Of a DNA stretch of 64,000 nt, positions 1 to 14,475 are shown in pieces (within the stretch, counting starts at the first letter, position 1; each line of letters starts with the position of its first letter). This DNA is from the human T2T-CHM13v2.0 reference genome, Homo sapiens. Where the stretch lies: the NCBI RefSeq assembly GCF_009914755.1, contig NC_060937.1. One strand, 5' to 3'. The notes below the pieces were generated by a model. That model saw nothing but the letters and a program-made list of their open reading frames with translations, did not search any database and had not been told where the DNA came from. Made by a program: the position numbers and the translations under genes.

Positions 1-310
<310 letters not shown>

Positions 311-803
311 TAATCGGATTCATGCTGCAACTTCTTCTCATAGCTAATATTTACTTTTGTGATTAAACATAGTTTTCTTCTATATAAAAGCCTATAGGTG
401 TTATCAATCCAAATCAAATTACAGAGTGACTGATGTTGAAACAATTTTCTGTCTCTTATGCAAAATCAGTTGCTCAAACTAAGACACAGTCCCTTTCCAA
501 TGAAGGAAAAGTCAGGCTGTGCATAAAAAGTGAGACCTTGTTAAGTTGACTCTCACTGTTGACTTAAGCCCAGTGGCTTCCTGCTCCATCTCTTCACTTC
601 TTAACCGAACCTTGCTCCAAGCTTGGTTTCCCTTCGAGAGTCTTTGTAAAACATGTCCCTGACTCCACTTTGTGGAATCTAGCCACCTCTACCAATGGGC
701 AACTCTTCCAGCTCTTAGGCTCTGGCTCTGTTACTTGGCTGTGAGTCTTGGCTCTCCTTTCAGCCAAGCTTTTCATCCACAAATCGTTTCTTGGTGGCAA
801 TGT

Positions 804-870
804 TCTGGATGTAACAGAAATGCACAAAAGTCAGGATGTGTCTGGATGTAACAGAAATGCACAAAAGTCA
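804..870. repeat. Perfect 30-bp direct repeat with 7-bp spacer
   Basis: tctggatgtaacagaaatgcacaaaagtca at 804-833 and 841-870. Confidence 0.95.
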
Positions 871-1874
871 TGCCTTGCTGGAAGCTTCTCTGCAGAGTGA
901 CCTTATTCTATTACCCTTATGATAGTACCACGTTTTTAGTCCCTTAATCATGAAGAATTTGAAATCCTCTGATCCAGAGTTTTCACTGGTCATAGAGACT
1001 TGGATATTTAGAGAGAAAAATTGGAGAACAGTTTTTTTTTTTTTTTTGCTTTCTTAGTTTCTATTGTCTACTGTTTTATATACATTTATGCCCTTTTATA
1101 TTTTCAATAAGCAACCCTGAGATCCTTCACGGTGGTAACTACTATTAGATAGTCACCAATTTAGGAGCCTCAAAATAGTTTGTTCCTGAGTAATTTCAGT
1201 ATAGACCAGCGCTATCTCATTCTCTTCTATTGCCATTATACACACCAAGGTTACCTACAAAAAAGTGTTTAAAGATATAAAGATTATCACATTTTTAATG
1301 TCCGACTGTGCTTTTTAAATGAAAATATTCCAGCTCATGACATGATTGGCTTTCTTAGTGCCAAAGATCTTCACCTAACAGAGGAAGTTTAATACATCAC
1401 TATTTTCCTGCAGATAGAAAAGTGCAGGGATCACTGATACAAATGAATATATTCTTTACTCACAAAATTCATAGAAATTCAATTATGACACAGGAAAACA
1501 TAAACCCAAGTCAATTCTTTTAAATCAATTACAATTGTACAAAATGAATTTATCATAAAATCAGAGTTTAAACGTATTGTTTTATTTTAATTCTAGAGAA
1601 AACTTCACCAGTGAGTCTTATTTCTACTGGCTTATGTCAGACTGTGTGTTTTAGTCTCACAAACAGCATTAATACAAAAGTGATGGGTTCAATCTGATTT
1701 ACTTCCTTACAATAAGCAAATCATTTGAAATTTGAGCATATAATAAATTTCTCATTACTCTCATTGTGATGTTTGTTTCTTTTTCATAGTTTATTTCATG
1801 ACATGCTTAAACTTTAACCTTTATAAAGATTTAAAAGTGTGATAAAGGTCAAGTGTAAAGTGGGTTATTTTGGC

Positions 1875-2505
1875 TGTTGGGGCTCAAAAAATAAACCCCG
1901 AAAATATGGTGCTTTGATGTGCTGAACTAAAGTAGCAGCTTCAAGGTCTCTCTGACATCCTCCCAATTTTCTCTCTCAATCCTCTTCCTCTCCCAAGCCA
2001 CAAGATGAGGCTGTTCTCTGAAATTCCCTTATGCACCTAAAACCAGGTCCCCCAGAGAGAAACGCGATTGCCTTCAATCCCTTCCCTGACATTTCGTTAT
2101 CTAGAGAAGATTAGAACTCATATCAAAGAGGAAGAGATTGAAAATTGAACACCACACCTAGAGCCCAGAAGAACTGCATCCCAAACTACTGTCTGTTCTC
2201 TGGTCCCATTTAATTCCCAAAGAGAATTATTTATTAACCATGATCTAAACATTGGCTCTGTTTATCTCTCCTAAAGTCCTAAAGTTCTACTCCTACTCTC
2301 CCTCATCTTCCCTTCCCTCATGAAAAAGGATGTATAAGCACCTGGACCTCCTTGCATTGTTGGACAATCACTGTCTGAGACTCCCCTGTGCTATGCATGT
2401 TCACTAATCTGTACGGCCATTTCTCCTATGAATCTGCCTTTTGTTGGTTCATTTTCTGCAAGCCTTCAGAGGGAGAAGGGGAAGCTTTCCCTCTGTGTCC
2501 CCACG
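1875..2505 (+). mobile_element. ERV1 solo LTR, MER39/MER4-group-like
   Basis: Starts TGTTGGGGCTCA..AAAATATGGTGCTTTGA; ends ccttcagagggagaaggggaagctttccc..cac; ~630 bp. Confidence 0.7.
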
Positions 2506-4191
2506 GTGCCCTCCTTTAATTGCCATTTTCCTGTTGTCATTACATCCTTCAAGTATCTGCCTGGTTTTCATGCTGCTAATGTTAGGCTAGTTTTATCAGG
2601 GAAAAATATGTTTTTTTTTTAATGTAAAGCACTGCTATTTTATGTTTTTATAGCCTGAACAAATACATCACCCACTCATAGCTCTTATTAATTAATTAAT
2701 TAATTTAGGGCATGCATACCTGGGAAATGTGACTCAGGAAATGAGCTCTAGAGTAGGTTAGAGCTAATGAGTTATTCATTATGGGTTGGAGAGTTCTTAG
2801 AAGCTTTTGGTTTCTCTCTGTCCCACATAGGTCATCAGTTATGTGGACTTCAAGCTAAAATCAAATTGCCACCTATGTACTAAAATATTTAAGTTAGCTA
2901 ACATGTGGAACATTCTTTTGTATGAACTCCCAGGAAAGAGCATGGAGATTGATAGACTGGACAAAAAGTGAAAATTGGATCATTATTTAGTTACCAAAAT
3001 ACAAATTATTAAGAAAAAATACAGCATTATTTGTAAGATTTGATGTGAATCGAATTGGCCTAGAATAAAGGGTAGATTTTGATGGAAAATTCTGATCATG
3101 AGGAACAATTATTGCATTAAAATAGAGAGACATTATAGGTTTATCTGTGGAAAATCTTGTAAATTTTGTAAGAGAAAAATATTGTGTGTGTGTTAATGCA
3201 CAATGGGCAATATTTTATTAGAATTATTTTGGAGAAATATGAATCAGTAGAATAACAAAAATCACTGAATCCTTTAAGAAAACATATCTGGTTAATGCAG
3301 TTTTCAGACATATGGAAACCAAATAAAAATGACAAAGAGACAATGACTGTAATTTTGGCAATTTCCCATTCCCAACCATGATGAATTACAGACTGGATTT
3401 CGGGAGCCATGTGTGCAGGAACCTGGGGTTGAGATGGATGGCTCGGGGCCTGGGCTGTGGGTAGGGGTGTGTGCACTGGGCCAGTGTGTCGGCTCTGAAA
3501 GGCCTCCACAAGGGACCAAATCAACGCTGCATCATCCATGGAGATGTTTCATGCCTTGTAGTTCACCATCCTGGCTGGGGAGGAAATCCTAGAGATAGCA
3601 GTGTGGGACACTTACTTCTCCTTAACACTGACTTGCCAGGTATAATTCTAAACTTAGTTTTCTAAGTTTCATAAACTTTAACTCACAAAACACACAATGT
3701 ACACACACACACACACATCTCTTCTAGGGGTTGTGAGTAATAGAGAGAGATTGAGATTTAGATGTACCTTGCTCAGAAAAATGCCTGACACAAAATCAAT
3801 TCTTTCCTGCTGTTGTTGTCATGAATATTATAACTGACATTAAGACTAATGTGGCAAATTAGAGATATTTATATGTGGAAATTAAACGTAGTGGCCTACA
3901 TTTGTATTAAATAAAGTATTATGCCATGACTCATTCTGTTATTAGGAGCAGCCCTTTTTTATGGGGCTATATTTAGAAATCTAAAGCCTTAAAAAAAATC
4001 CAAGGTTTCACTTATGTTAACAAAATGTGGTTTTTAATAATACTTTTATTCTGTGTATCATTAAGTGTAATTCAGTCTTTTTACAAGAGAAAAACAGTCA
4101 TTTTAGTTTGTTTTTCTCCCCATCAAGATGAAGTAAGAATGGTTGGAATAAACCTGACGTTGTCATGTAAACCAGTTGTAACATATGAGTG

Positions 4192-4412
4192 ACAGTACAG
4201 CTAAGTCATTTAGAGCATGGTATTTGGAGTCAAACAGAACTAAGTTCAAGCCTGTTTCCACCCACCAGTGGGTAAATGATGAGTCTGAGTAAGTTACCTA
4301 CCACCCTTAAGGCTCAATTTTCTTACATGTTAAATAGAGATAACAATGTTAATATTTACATTAGATGGTACTTGTGAAGGGAAAAATGTGTTTAAATTGC
4401 TTGGCACAGTGC
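4192..4412 (+). mobile_element. MIR SINE
   Basis: tttggagtcaaacagaactaagttcaag..ctcaattttcttacatgttaaatagagataacaat..tgcttggcacagtg, matching the MIR core. Confidence 0.75.
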
Positions 4413-4887
4413 AAGGAACACTTTTAAAATTTTGATAAATGGTATTTATTGTGCTAGTATTGTTTCCCTTCCCTTTCCTCTTCTAGTAAGCAAGAGTCTG
4501 AGTATTTTTTCCCTCGAGAAATTTGCTCAGAAATGAAATAGCAAAGAGCCTGAGGTCTATCAGCCTGAGAATGAAGGAAGGGGCATTGGTCTTTCTTGAT
4601 AGCTCCTGGCGGGTCTAATGAGAAGCCAGGGGTGAGAACAACCACTTTCTGGCATTGCCATTAGATGAAAATATCCCATAGTCTTAACTTTTTTCTAGGT
4701 CTTCACACAAGGCTCCGATTCCTATGTGAGAGAAGCTTTTGTTGTTAGTATGAATAATGTCTAATCTCCATGCTAAGATTAGAATTCCACTGACCATGTT
4801 AGGGGACAGAGGAATGGTTTCCCAAAGAAAGGAAAGCTTGTGGGACCAAAATCCAGATGGGCACTACTGTACCTAATACTAAATAGG

Positions 4888-5060
4888 GTGGAGCATTTTG
4901 GGGTTCTATAAGTGAATTTCAGAGGATGATGGAAATGTTCTAAATCTTATTTTGTGTGATGATTACTCAGATCAAAACTCATCGATTGGAATGTACTTTA
5001 TTATTTATTCCACGTAAATCCAAATAAATCACTTCATTTAAATACCTCAATGACTCAGTT
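4888..5060 (+). mobile_element. Old L1 (L1MC/ME-type) 3' UTR fragment
   Basis: ggatgatggaaatgttctaaatctt..tgtgatgattac..tcaaaactcatcga. Confidence 0.55.
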
Positions 5061-5884
5061 AAATTATCTTCAATAGTTAAGATGCAATTTATAATTAGTC
5101 TTTCAGTAGTCTGCTATATCACAGTCTACCAATCAACATAAGGATAGAAGAAATTCAGAAGGAAGAGACACGCACAGTGGTTTCTCTTGATATCTTTTAT
5201 TTCTAAATTCAAGTTAAGAAATAAAAGATTAAGTACTGCATATACGCATTAATTTATAATTCAAATAATTCGTATGCAATATTAGGTAATAGCATCTATT
5301 TTCGTTTTCATTTTAAGTAGGTTCTCTGTTGCTAGGTGCTTTCTAAAAGTGATTTTAATAGTAATATGGTAAAAGTGTTACATAGCTCCTCTTCTAAAAT
5401 TTCAGTCTCATTTATATCATTTTTAAAAACTGTTTCTGGGAACAGTATTGTTATACTTATTCCTCTTTGAGAAAATGAAGTGAGTAACATTTAAGTCATT
5501 TAATATAGACTACAACTCAAAGAGTTGTGTTCTGTTATTACTTGAGGCATGCAACAAACATATTTCTATAAGCACAATGTTCAAGAAATGTATGGACACC
5601 ATCGCTTCCTGATTTGAATTTTTAAAAAGGAAATTAGAGAAAAAGTGCATAGAAAAACTGCATTTGTCTTGTACATTATCCCATGATTTCCTTTATGCAG
5701 AAAATTCCTAGTTTATGTATTCTGTAGTAACTCTTAGAAATGCACATCTTTATGTTTGCAGCATTATTTTCATATTTAAACAGTCATTCACATATATACC
5801 CATATCTGTGTACATCTATACTATTGTTCATATATTTAATAATCTGTAAACTGAAAATAGTTATGATTGACTAGTTTATATACT

Positions 5885-6010
5885 CTTATTCAACACACCT
5901 TTACTAAGCATCTGCTATTAGTTAAGCACTGTGTTTGAATCTATAAAGAAACCATAACCTCATAAATAATCTTAGTTCAGAAACTCTATTACTTGTTTTG
6001 GAAAACAGGT
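5885..6010 (-). mobile_element. L2 3' end fragment
   Basis: ttattcaacacacctttactaagcatctgctatta..gcactgtg resembles the antisense L2 3' end. Confidence 0.5.
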
Positions 6011-7650
6011 GGAAAAATTTCAAGTGGAAAACATAGTAAAAGAAACTGTGAGGAAAATTACTGGAAGAGAGCAGCTTGGAAGACAGACAGCCAAGAGATA
6101 AGGCATGACTAATGAAAATTGTAGCAGAAGAAAGCCCCAAATAATACAGAAAACTAGCCAGAAGTAAAAGAACACCTTGAATCTGTCATTTGAAAGGCAT
6201 CCTAACATCCCAGGATAATTTTGAAATCTATCTGGTATAATTTCTGAATTCCAAGAATAAAGAAAAGACAGCACACACATTGCAATGGGAAAAATAAAAT
6301 GAGAGAATAAAAATGAAATCCAATTATTTATGGAAAATCCCAGTAGCTAGATGGTAACAGAGCAATGTTACAAACTTTAGGGAGACCAGGAATAGAACCA
6401 AGAATTCTGGGCCAAACCAATATAGATTCATGTATTAGTGCAAAATAAAGATACTCTTGGAATTGCAAAGCTCAGAAAGTATTCTGCATGCGCTGTTCTT
6501 GGCCTGTTGACCCAAAAGCCATGCCCTGCCCTTCCCCAGGGTCTATATTCTGCAAACCAAGTTTCCCAGCCTTCCTCTCTAGCTGGCTTCTCACTAGATT
6601 CCAATAAAAGGAGGCCCTGGCAGGAGAATGGAAAGTAGCAGGAAGGGAGAAATCAGAAGCTTTTTTCCTGCCTGTTACTGCAGCAGGTTGCAACCTTGGC
6701 TGTCACTATCTCTTCTGTGGTTCAACTCCATCATGGTTCTTGTAAGACCACCTGTTCCCTTACCCCTCCAACCCTTGTGGAAATAGCTGCTTAGAGGAAA
6801 AGAGGAAGAGGAGGCAGTGTAACAGAGACTTTATAATGCATTTTTTTGCAAACCTGACTCTCTGCCAAAGCTGCTGATTGAGGAGACAGCGGTGTCTTCA
6901 GACATGTGGAATGAAGCAGCAGCTGTACTGATAAAGGATTTGGCTTTCCGGGCTGAGGGATGAGAGTAATAAAGCAGATTTCCGTCCGTCTCTGCAAACT
7001 TATTAAATGAACATAGAATTCTTGCCAAAGTAACAAGGCTCCTGTGAGTCATTGACTGAGTGTGGGTACCAGCAGTCCTTCATGTTCATATCCGGTAGCT
7101 GAAGAGTTCTTTCAGGTGTGCACCTTTGCCTGAAATGGTGGTGGTTAATCAGTGCCAATCGAAGAAAAAAGCTGACCCCTGCCTACTAAGATAAAGTTCA
7201 AATGGTTTCCAAAGATTTGTTGCAAGTACAGCAAATTTATAGCAAAATATCCACCAAACCACATTTACACATTTGGAAATTCAAAAATATTTTTCAGATC
7301 ACAGAAAAGCTGGTTACTTTTCCAGCCTAGTCCAAAAGACTGTAACCATAACAAAACATGCAAAACTTTCTTGTGTACAAGTGATCACAATCAAAATTCT
7401 TTTCAGTGGTATGCCCATATAGCTCTCTTAACCTACAAATCCCCTCTTAGGTTAACACTATGAATTTACTTCCTGATTTATTTTACATATTAGGAAGAAG
7501 GATAGCAACGAAGGAATCAGAAGTATTTGGTGACTGAACGGATATAAGAAGTAAAAAGTGCAAGATTTTACTTTTAAAGCTTCTTAATCAGTTAAAATTA
7601 TTTTAAGTTCTCAGACCTGTATGGCTAAAGAAATGTCCTAGCATTGCTAC

Positions 7651-8290
7651 TGTGAGAAACAGACTTACCCATCCAAATGCAAAGAATGGACTCAGAGATC
7701 CAAGAACAGCAAAAGCGAGACTTTTAATAATGGTCTTGCAAGATCGGGTGTTTGATGAGCAGGTACACCCAGCGCAGTTTTAACAAGCAAACTATCCCCT
7801 AGTGCGCAGGTCCCTCCCCCAGTTCCTCATAGGCTGAGTCCTATGGGGTCACAGTCTTCCAGAACATCGCCTACAGATTGTTGGATAGGGGCTGTAGGTG
7901 TTTTTATTTTTATTTTTTATTTTTTGGGGGTGGGATGCGGTGGTTATTTTGCTGCATTTTGTTGCAGCCCACAATGCATTGCAATTGTAGTTAGCTTAGG
8001 GGCTTTTCAAGCATTTGACTTATGATCTAAGTAGCTGGGCAGGCTGATAAGAACAGACGAAATGAGCTATTTTGCAGGCTAGTAAACTTTCATTTTAGAC
8101 TAAACGTTTTTAGTTCGGGTGAGAGCACCTAAGAGGCGGGGGAAGGTGGGGGAAGGGGGAGGCCAACAAGCAGGCATCGGCTATCCAAGCAGGGGTCTAG
8201 TATATCCTGTTTCTTCTGTAGTTTGCTGACCTAAGGAGATTCAAGGCACTTTGTCTTGGAAATAGACCACTGTGTACATTATCTCCTTCA
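7651..8290 (-). mobile_element. Solo LTR (possibly LTR66/ERVL-type)
   Basis: On the minus strand it begins TGAAGGAGATAATGTACACAGTGG, has an ATTAAA poly(A) signal, and ends ..gtttctcaCA; 640 bp with TG..CA ends. Confidence 0.65.
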
Positions 8291-8957
8291 ACAGAAACAA
8301 AGACAGGACAGTTAACTTTCAAGAAAACTAATATATTGCTGTGCAAAAGCCGGGCAGCAATGTTCCTTGCCTCTGGACAATAACACTCATTCTCAGAAAA
8401 TGGCTCAAGATTTAGGATGTGGAAGTGGGAATTATTTGCATAAAAGGCTGGTTGGAGTCATGGGGATGTGATAGTTCAAGGCAGAATGCAGCACAGATTT
8501 CAGGACAACTTGGGGAGAAGTCAAGTGAGAAAAATCACCTAAGTAATCCGTTTCCCTGTGTGCAAAGTGTAATGTGTACTAAAGAACATGTTAAAATCAG
8601 AAAGCTGCATTTTACCAAACCTTTCTGTGCTCATCCACAAAACATTCACACACACATTTAGAAAAAATTAGAAAATATTTTCATATGAAAAACTGAAAAG
8701 ATAAAAACTCATAAAATACAAAGCTAGTAAAGTCAGTTGGTAAATCATGCTCTATGTTAAAGTGAGAAATACTGGAATGGAAAAAAGGCAGCTCTCCTCA
8801 TACTCATCACAATCCTTTTCAGTGGTTGAAAAGTATTCAGGTGAAAAATTCATGTAAGTACACTCAAACAAATATAATTTCCTTCAAATTTCTGAGACCT
8901 TTACAGAACAAACATGTAATTTTTTTTCTGTTTCTCACTTCCCGTTTCTTCCTTCAA

Positions 8958-8958
<1 letters not shown>

Positions 8959-8998
<40 letters not shown>
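8959..8998. repeat. (CA)20 microsatellite
   Basis: Uninterrupted CA run. Confidence 0.97.
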
Positions 8999-9000
<2 letters not shown>

Positions 9001-9177
9001 GTGTGAGCACAAAACACTTCTGCTCAATGCCATCAAGTCCTGATGGGTATTTGCTTTGTCTGTTTGCTTGTCTTTTATAAAAATATTCTTCCCTGAACTG
9101 TAACTCCTTGAGGGCATGAATTATATCTGTTTCTTTCATCTTCCCTACGTTTAGAAAAGTTCCTTGGATATTGAAGG

Positions 9178-9320
9178 TTATGTATATAGATGTATGTTAT
9201 ATATGTATGTATACATTTATGTATGTATGTGTGTATATATCTTCATATATTTAACATATACATGTATATGTAACATATATACACATACATACACAAACAT
9301 AGATGTGAATATATATGTAT
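9178..9320. repeat. TA/TG/CA low-complexity tract
   Basis: Degenerate (TATG)/(TACA) repeats. Confidence 0.8.
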
Positions 9321-10219
9321 AAAAAATTAGAACCAATGCATTTGATGACTCAATAGTACCATATCATTTATGATTGAAAACACTGGATCATTTGGAACAT
9401 CAGATTTTAAGCAGCTAAACTGTAAAAATACAGTGAGAGCAGGATACCATTTGTTGCACAGTCATCAAGATTCTGGACCACTGTATATCATCTACTATTA
9501 ATGCACAGAAAGACATCATCTGCCAGGGAAGACAAATCTGGAAAGAACCCATAGATTGTTCTAACACCAGACTGAAAGCCAGAAGACATGTCATGAGATC
9601 GTAGCTCTCACACTTTCTAGCTACAGTGACTTCAATTCTCTATACTTAAGTTTTGTATAAAATAAAAACTGTGGATATTATGAATCCAGGATCATTCACA
9701 AATCTAAAGATTTTTCTATTGCTAGAACATATGTACAATAATTAAAATGGAGTTTTTCACAATGCCATGATCAATAAATTGTTGTTTGAGTAGGTGGCAG
9801 AGAAGGACATGTAGAACTGAGTCCCTTCCAATATTGGAAATTCAAGATCATAGTCAGGAAAGCTTAGAGCAAATGTTGGGGGATTTGCCTAAAATCCCTG
9901 TCCAAATCATTCCCATTGGGAAACAATATCTGTTTTCCTAATATTTTAAAAAATCAAATAAAGATCTTATTTTTAGACAATATGTAGCATACAGACAAAG
10001 AAAGATTCATCTAACCGGGAGTTTCTTACACAAGATCAAAAATACGTTCTTTTTTGTCCTCTGCACTGAGTGTAGTACAAGTTAAACACTCAATGTTACT
10101 CAATTATAATATTTCTTTAAATGAAATAAATTGAATTATGTATTTACAAGGATTAATTGTGAATGTACTAATTAATCTTTATTATTACAAAATCAAAGAT
10201 CTCATCTTAAATATCTTTG

Positions 10220-11580
10220 GACACCATATATGAAAGTTAACTTAAAATGGATTAAAGACTTAAATATAAGACCTGAAATGGAGAAAGTACTAGAAGAAAA
10301 CATAGGGGAAAAGCTCCATAACATTGGCATAGGCAAAGATTTTTTGAACAAAACCTTAAAAGCATGGACAACAAAAACAAACACTGTAGAAACTAATGGG
10401 ATTGCGTTGAACTAAAAAGCACAACAAAGGAAACAATCAGCAGAGCAGAGTGACAACATCTATTTTAGAGAATGGGAGAATATATTTGCAAACTACATAT
10501 CTGATAAGGGGTTAATATCCAACATTTTAAAGAAACTCAGACAACTTAACAACAAAAACCCCAAATAACCTGATTTGAAAATGGGCAAAAGACTTGAATA
10601 GACATTTCTCAAAAGATGACATGTAAATGGCCGACAAATATATGAATAAATGCTCAGCATCACCAATCATCAGGAAAATGCAAATCAAAACAACACTGAG
10701 ATACGACCTCACTCCAATCAGAATGGCTACAATCAAAACATCAAAATATAAGTGTTGGCAAGGATGGGAAGAAAAAGGAACCCCTACACACTGCTGGTGT
10801 GTAGCAATTATGGGAGACAATACGGAAGTTCATAAAAAATGTAAAAAAGAACTACCATATGATCCAGCAATCCCACTGCTGGGTATACAGCCAAAGGAAA
10901 TGAAATCAGTAGGTTGAGGAGATGTCAGCATTCCTATGTGTACCTATGTTTATTGCAGCACTATTCACAATAGCCAGAATATGTAATCAATCTAAATGTC
11001 CATCAGTGGATGAATGCATAAAGAAAGTGTGTTATATGTACAAAACAGAATACTATTCAGCCATTAAAAAAAGAACGAAATATTGTCATTTGTGGCAACA
11101 TGACTGCACCTGGAGGACATTATGGTAAGTGAAATAAGCCAGGCACAGAAAGACAAATACTACATGATCTCACTCATATGTGGAATCTGAAGAGTTGTTC
11201 TCATAGAAGAGTAGAATGGTGGTTACCAGAGGATTAGGAGAGTTGGCGGGGACGGGAGGATAGTGAGAGATTGGTCAATGAGTACAAAGCTACTGTGAGA
11301 TGAGAGGAATAAATGCTGGTGCTCTATTACATAATATAGGACTAGAGTTAACAATAATGTGTGTTTCAAAATAGTTGCAAGAGAGGTTTGCGAATGTTCT
11401 CATCACGAAGAAGTGATAAATATTTAAGGTGCTGGATATGCTAATTATCCTGATTTGATCATTATATAATTTATGTATGTATTAAAAAATCACATTATAT
11501 CCCATAAATATGTATGATCATTATACCCCATAAATATGTACGATCATTATGTGTCCATCATAAATTTAAACAAAGAAACC
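10220..11580 (+). mobile_element. L1 (L1MA-type), 5'-truncated: decayed ORF2 C-terminus plus 3' UTR
   Basis: Broken ORFs match L1 ORF2 (KWIKDLNIRPE..LEENIG, MQIKTT.RY.LTP.RMA, ELPYDPAIPLLGI.PKE); L1MA-type 3' UTR; A-rich tail. Confidence 0.93.
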
Positions 11581-11583
11581 ATT

Positions 11584-11662
11584 AAAATAAATATAACAAA
11601 TATGTATGTCAGAAATAAATATAACAAATAAATATAACAAATAAAATAAATATAACAAATAT
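11584..11662. repeat. A-rich tandem repeat (aaataaatataacaaata) derived from the L1 tail
   Basis: About 4 imperfect copies directly after the L1 3' end. Confidence 0.75.
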
Positions 11663-11983
11663 TTAAGTCAGAAACTTCCATACATCTACTCTAATTAGTG
11701 TTGGCAACGGTAGTGCCTATCTGAGATTTTGGACTATCCGGCATCCCTTCCTTTCAGAAACAGCTCCTCTCTCCTTACACAAGTCAGCCAGGGCTCTAAG
11801 CTCAGGAACCCAGGGGTAGAGAAAACACCCACACCAAGATAATTAGATTCCATCACATGGGAATCGGAATCTTGTATGAAGACTCATAACTTTCTATTCT
11901 TTTTTTAAAATTTTATATTTTGTTGAGTAGTAGTTCTTACTGCATTTTGTAATTACTTGGAGAGCACCCCAAGAAAAAAATGT

Positions 11984-12074
11984 GGAAAGAGAGAGAGAGA
12001 AAGAAAGGAAGGAGGAGGAGGGGGAGGAAGAGGAGAAAGAAAAGGAAGAGAAAGGGAAGGGAGAGGAGAAAAAA
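11984..12074. repeat. Polypurine (GA-rich) low-complexity tract
   Basis: ~90 bp of almost only G and A. Confidence 0.9.
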
Positions 12075-12163
12075 CGTACCAAGTTCAGCATTGGAATGCT
12101 GACGTAATTGTCCCAGGACGAAGCACAACCATTAGTTTTTATTTTTGTATGTATATATTGCTC

Positions 12164-12299
12164 TCCCCATGAAAACAGTAAAACAAGATCTTTGATTAAG
12201 AAAGAGCTACAGTTCATTTTCTATGGCTAGCCTGAGGTCAGCATACATTTCTGTGACTTTTTCCCTTGCTTCTTCTTCTTTATAAGTAATACTAAAATC
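12164..12299 (+). repeat. Copy A of a ~135-bp diverged duplication
   Basis: Aligns by eye to 13903-14037 at about 85% identity. Confidence 0.9.
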
Positions 12300-12499
12300 A
12301 TATATGTAAAATATTCTGCAATGAATATTCTAATGTATATATACATACATACATATACACACACACACACACACACAAAGTGTTTCATACATTATAAAAA
12401 ACACTCTATCTTTCCCTACTTCATCGGAAACTATTCTGCTTAATATATTCTTCTTTAAAATGTATATATTTTTAATCCTGTGTGTATGCAGTTTAAATC

Positions 12500-13480
<981 letters not shown>

Positions 13481-13902
13481 TTGTTGTTAATTTAATCCAC
13501 TTGATACTTTATTTCATGCTTCAAGTCTTCCTTATTTTCTGCAGTAGTGCTATTGAAAAGTTCTGTAGATGATTCGTGGTATAGCCAGGTTTGATTCACA
13601 GCTCAGAACCAATAACCAAGATAGAGGTTCAGGAGTTTTGCTGCTCATATCTCAGCTGTTTTGTTCTCATCCTCCCCAAGGCCTGGTTGTCTATAAGAAC
13701 AGAGCTTAGAAAGAGCTGATGGTAAATGTAGTATGACATTTATGCTGAGAGCCCCGTGGCATGCCAAGCTCACCTTATAATTGTTTTTCCTGTGACTGAG
13801 CCTATAGTGGATATCCGCAATAATGTACAAATATTCCACATTAATTTCTGTCATTTGTCATTATAGTTGGAAAGGCAGAAGGAAGAAATTAAAGCTTTGC
13901 CT

Positions 13903-14037
13903 TCCCCATCAAAATAGTAAAACATGGTCTTTGATTAAGAAAAAACTACAGTTCACTTTATATGCTAGCCCATGATCAGTATAAATTACTGTGACTTATT
14001 CCTTTGCTTCTCCTTCTCTATAAGTAAGACTAAAATC
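13903..14037 (+). repeat. Copy B of a ~135-bp diverged duplication
   Basis: Aligns to 12164-12299. Confidence 0.9.
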
Positions 14038-14179
14038 TCAGTCTCCTCAACTTGCTCCAACATCAATTGTGATATCAATGGAATTAGATCCCCAAATAGA
14101 AGCGGCTACTATGATCTGTTTAATTCCTGCTTAAGGGATCAAGTTTCATCCTGGCCAGTGCATAGGCTTAGAAAGTCAC

Positions 14180-14425
14180 CATAGTGAAATAAAAATACCC
14201 TAGACTTGCTTATAGAAAGAAGTTTCTAGGTAAGGCTCTGCCAGTTAACTATGTGTACGTGTACATTATATTCTTAGCACATAGGAGTATGTGCAGAGAA
14301 ATATTTATTGCTTGAATGACCGAATTTGCTATATGATCTTGGTTAACTACCTGAGTCCACATTTTACCTAAACAAGGGAATTAGGCCAGATGATATATAG
14401 AGTCTCTTCCAGCTCTGTGATCCCA
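14180..14425 (+). mobile_element. MIR/MIR3 fragments (with an L2-like piece)
   Basis: ggctctgccagttaactatgtg; ccagatgatatatagagtctcttccagctctg. Confidence 0.45.
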
Positions 14426-14475
14426 ATATATTGAAAAATTTCTACCAAGTTGTTACCATTTATACAGCATGGAGC

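Noticed and set aside
3141-3665. Overlapping ORFs in a GC-richer patch (132 aa on the minus strand)
   Set aside because: No recognisable domain and no convincing splice or promoter context; length is within chance expectation.
10230-11128. L1 ORF2-like ORFs as a functional CDS
   Set aside because: Fragmented by stops and frameshifts; the element is 5'-truncated.
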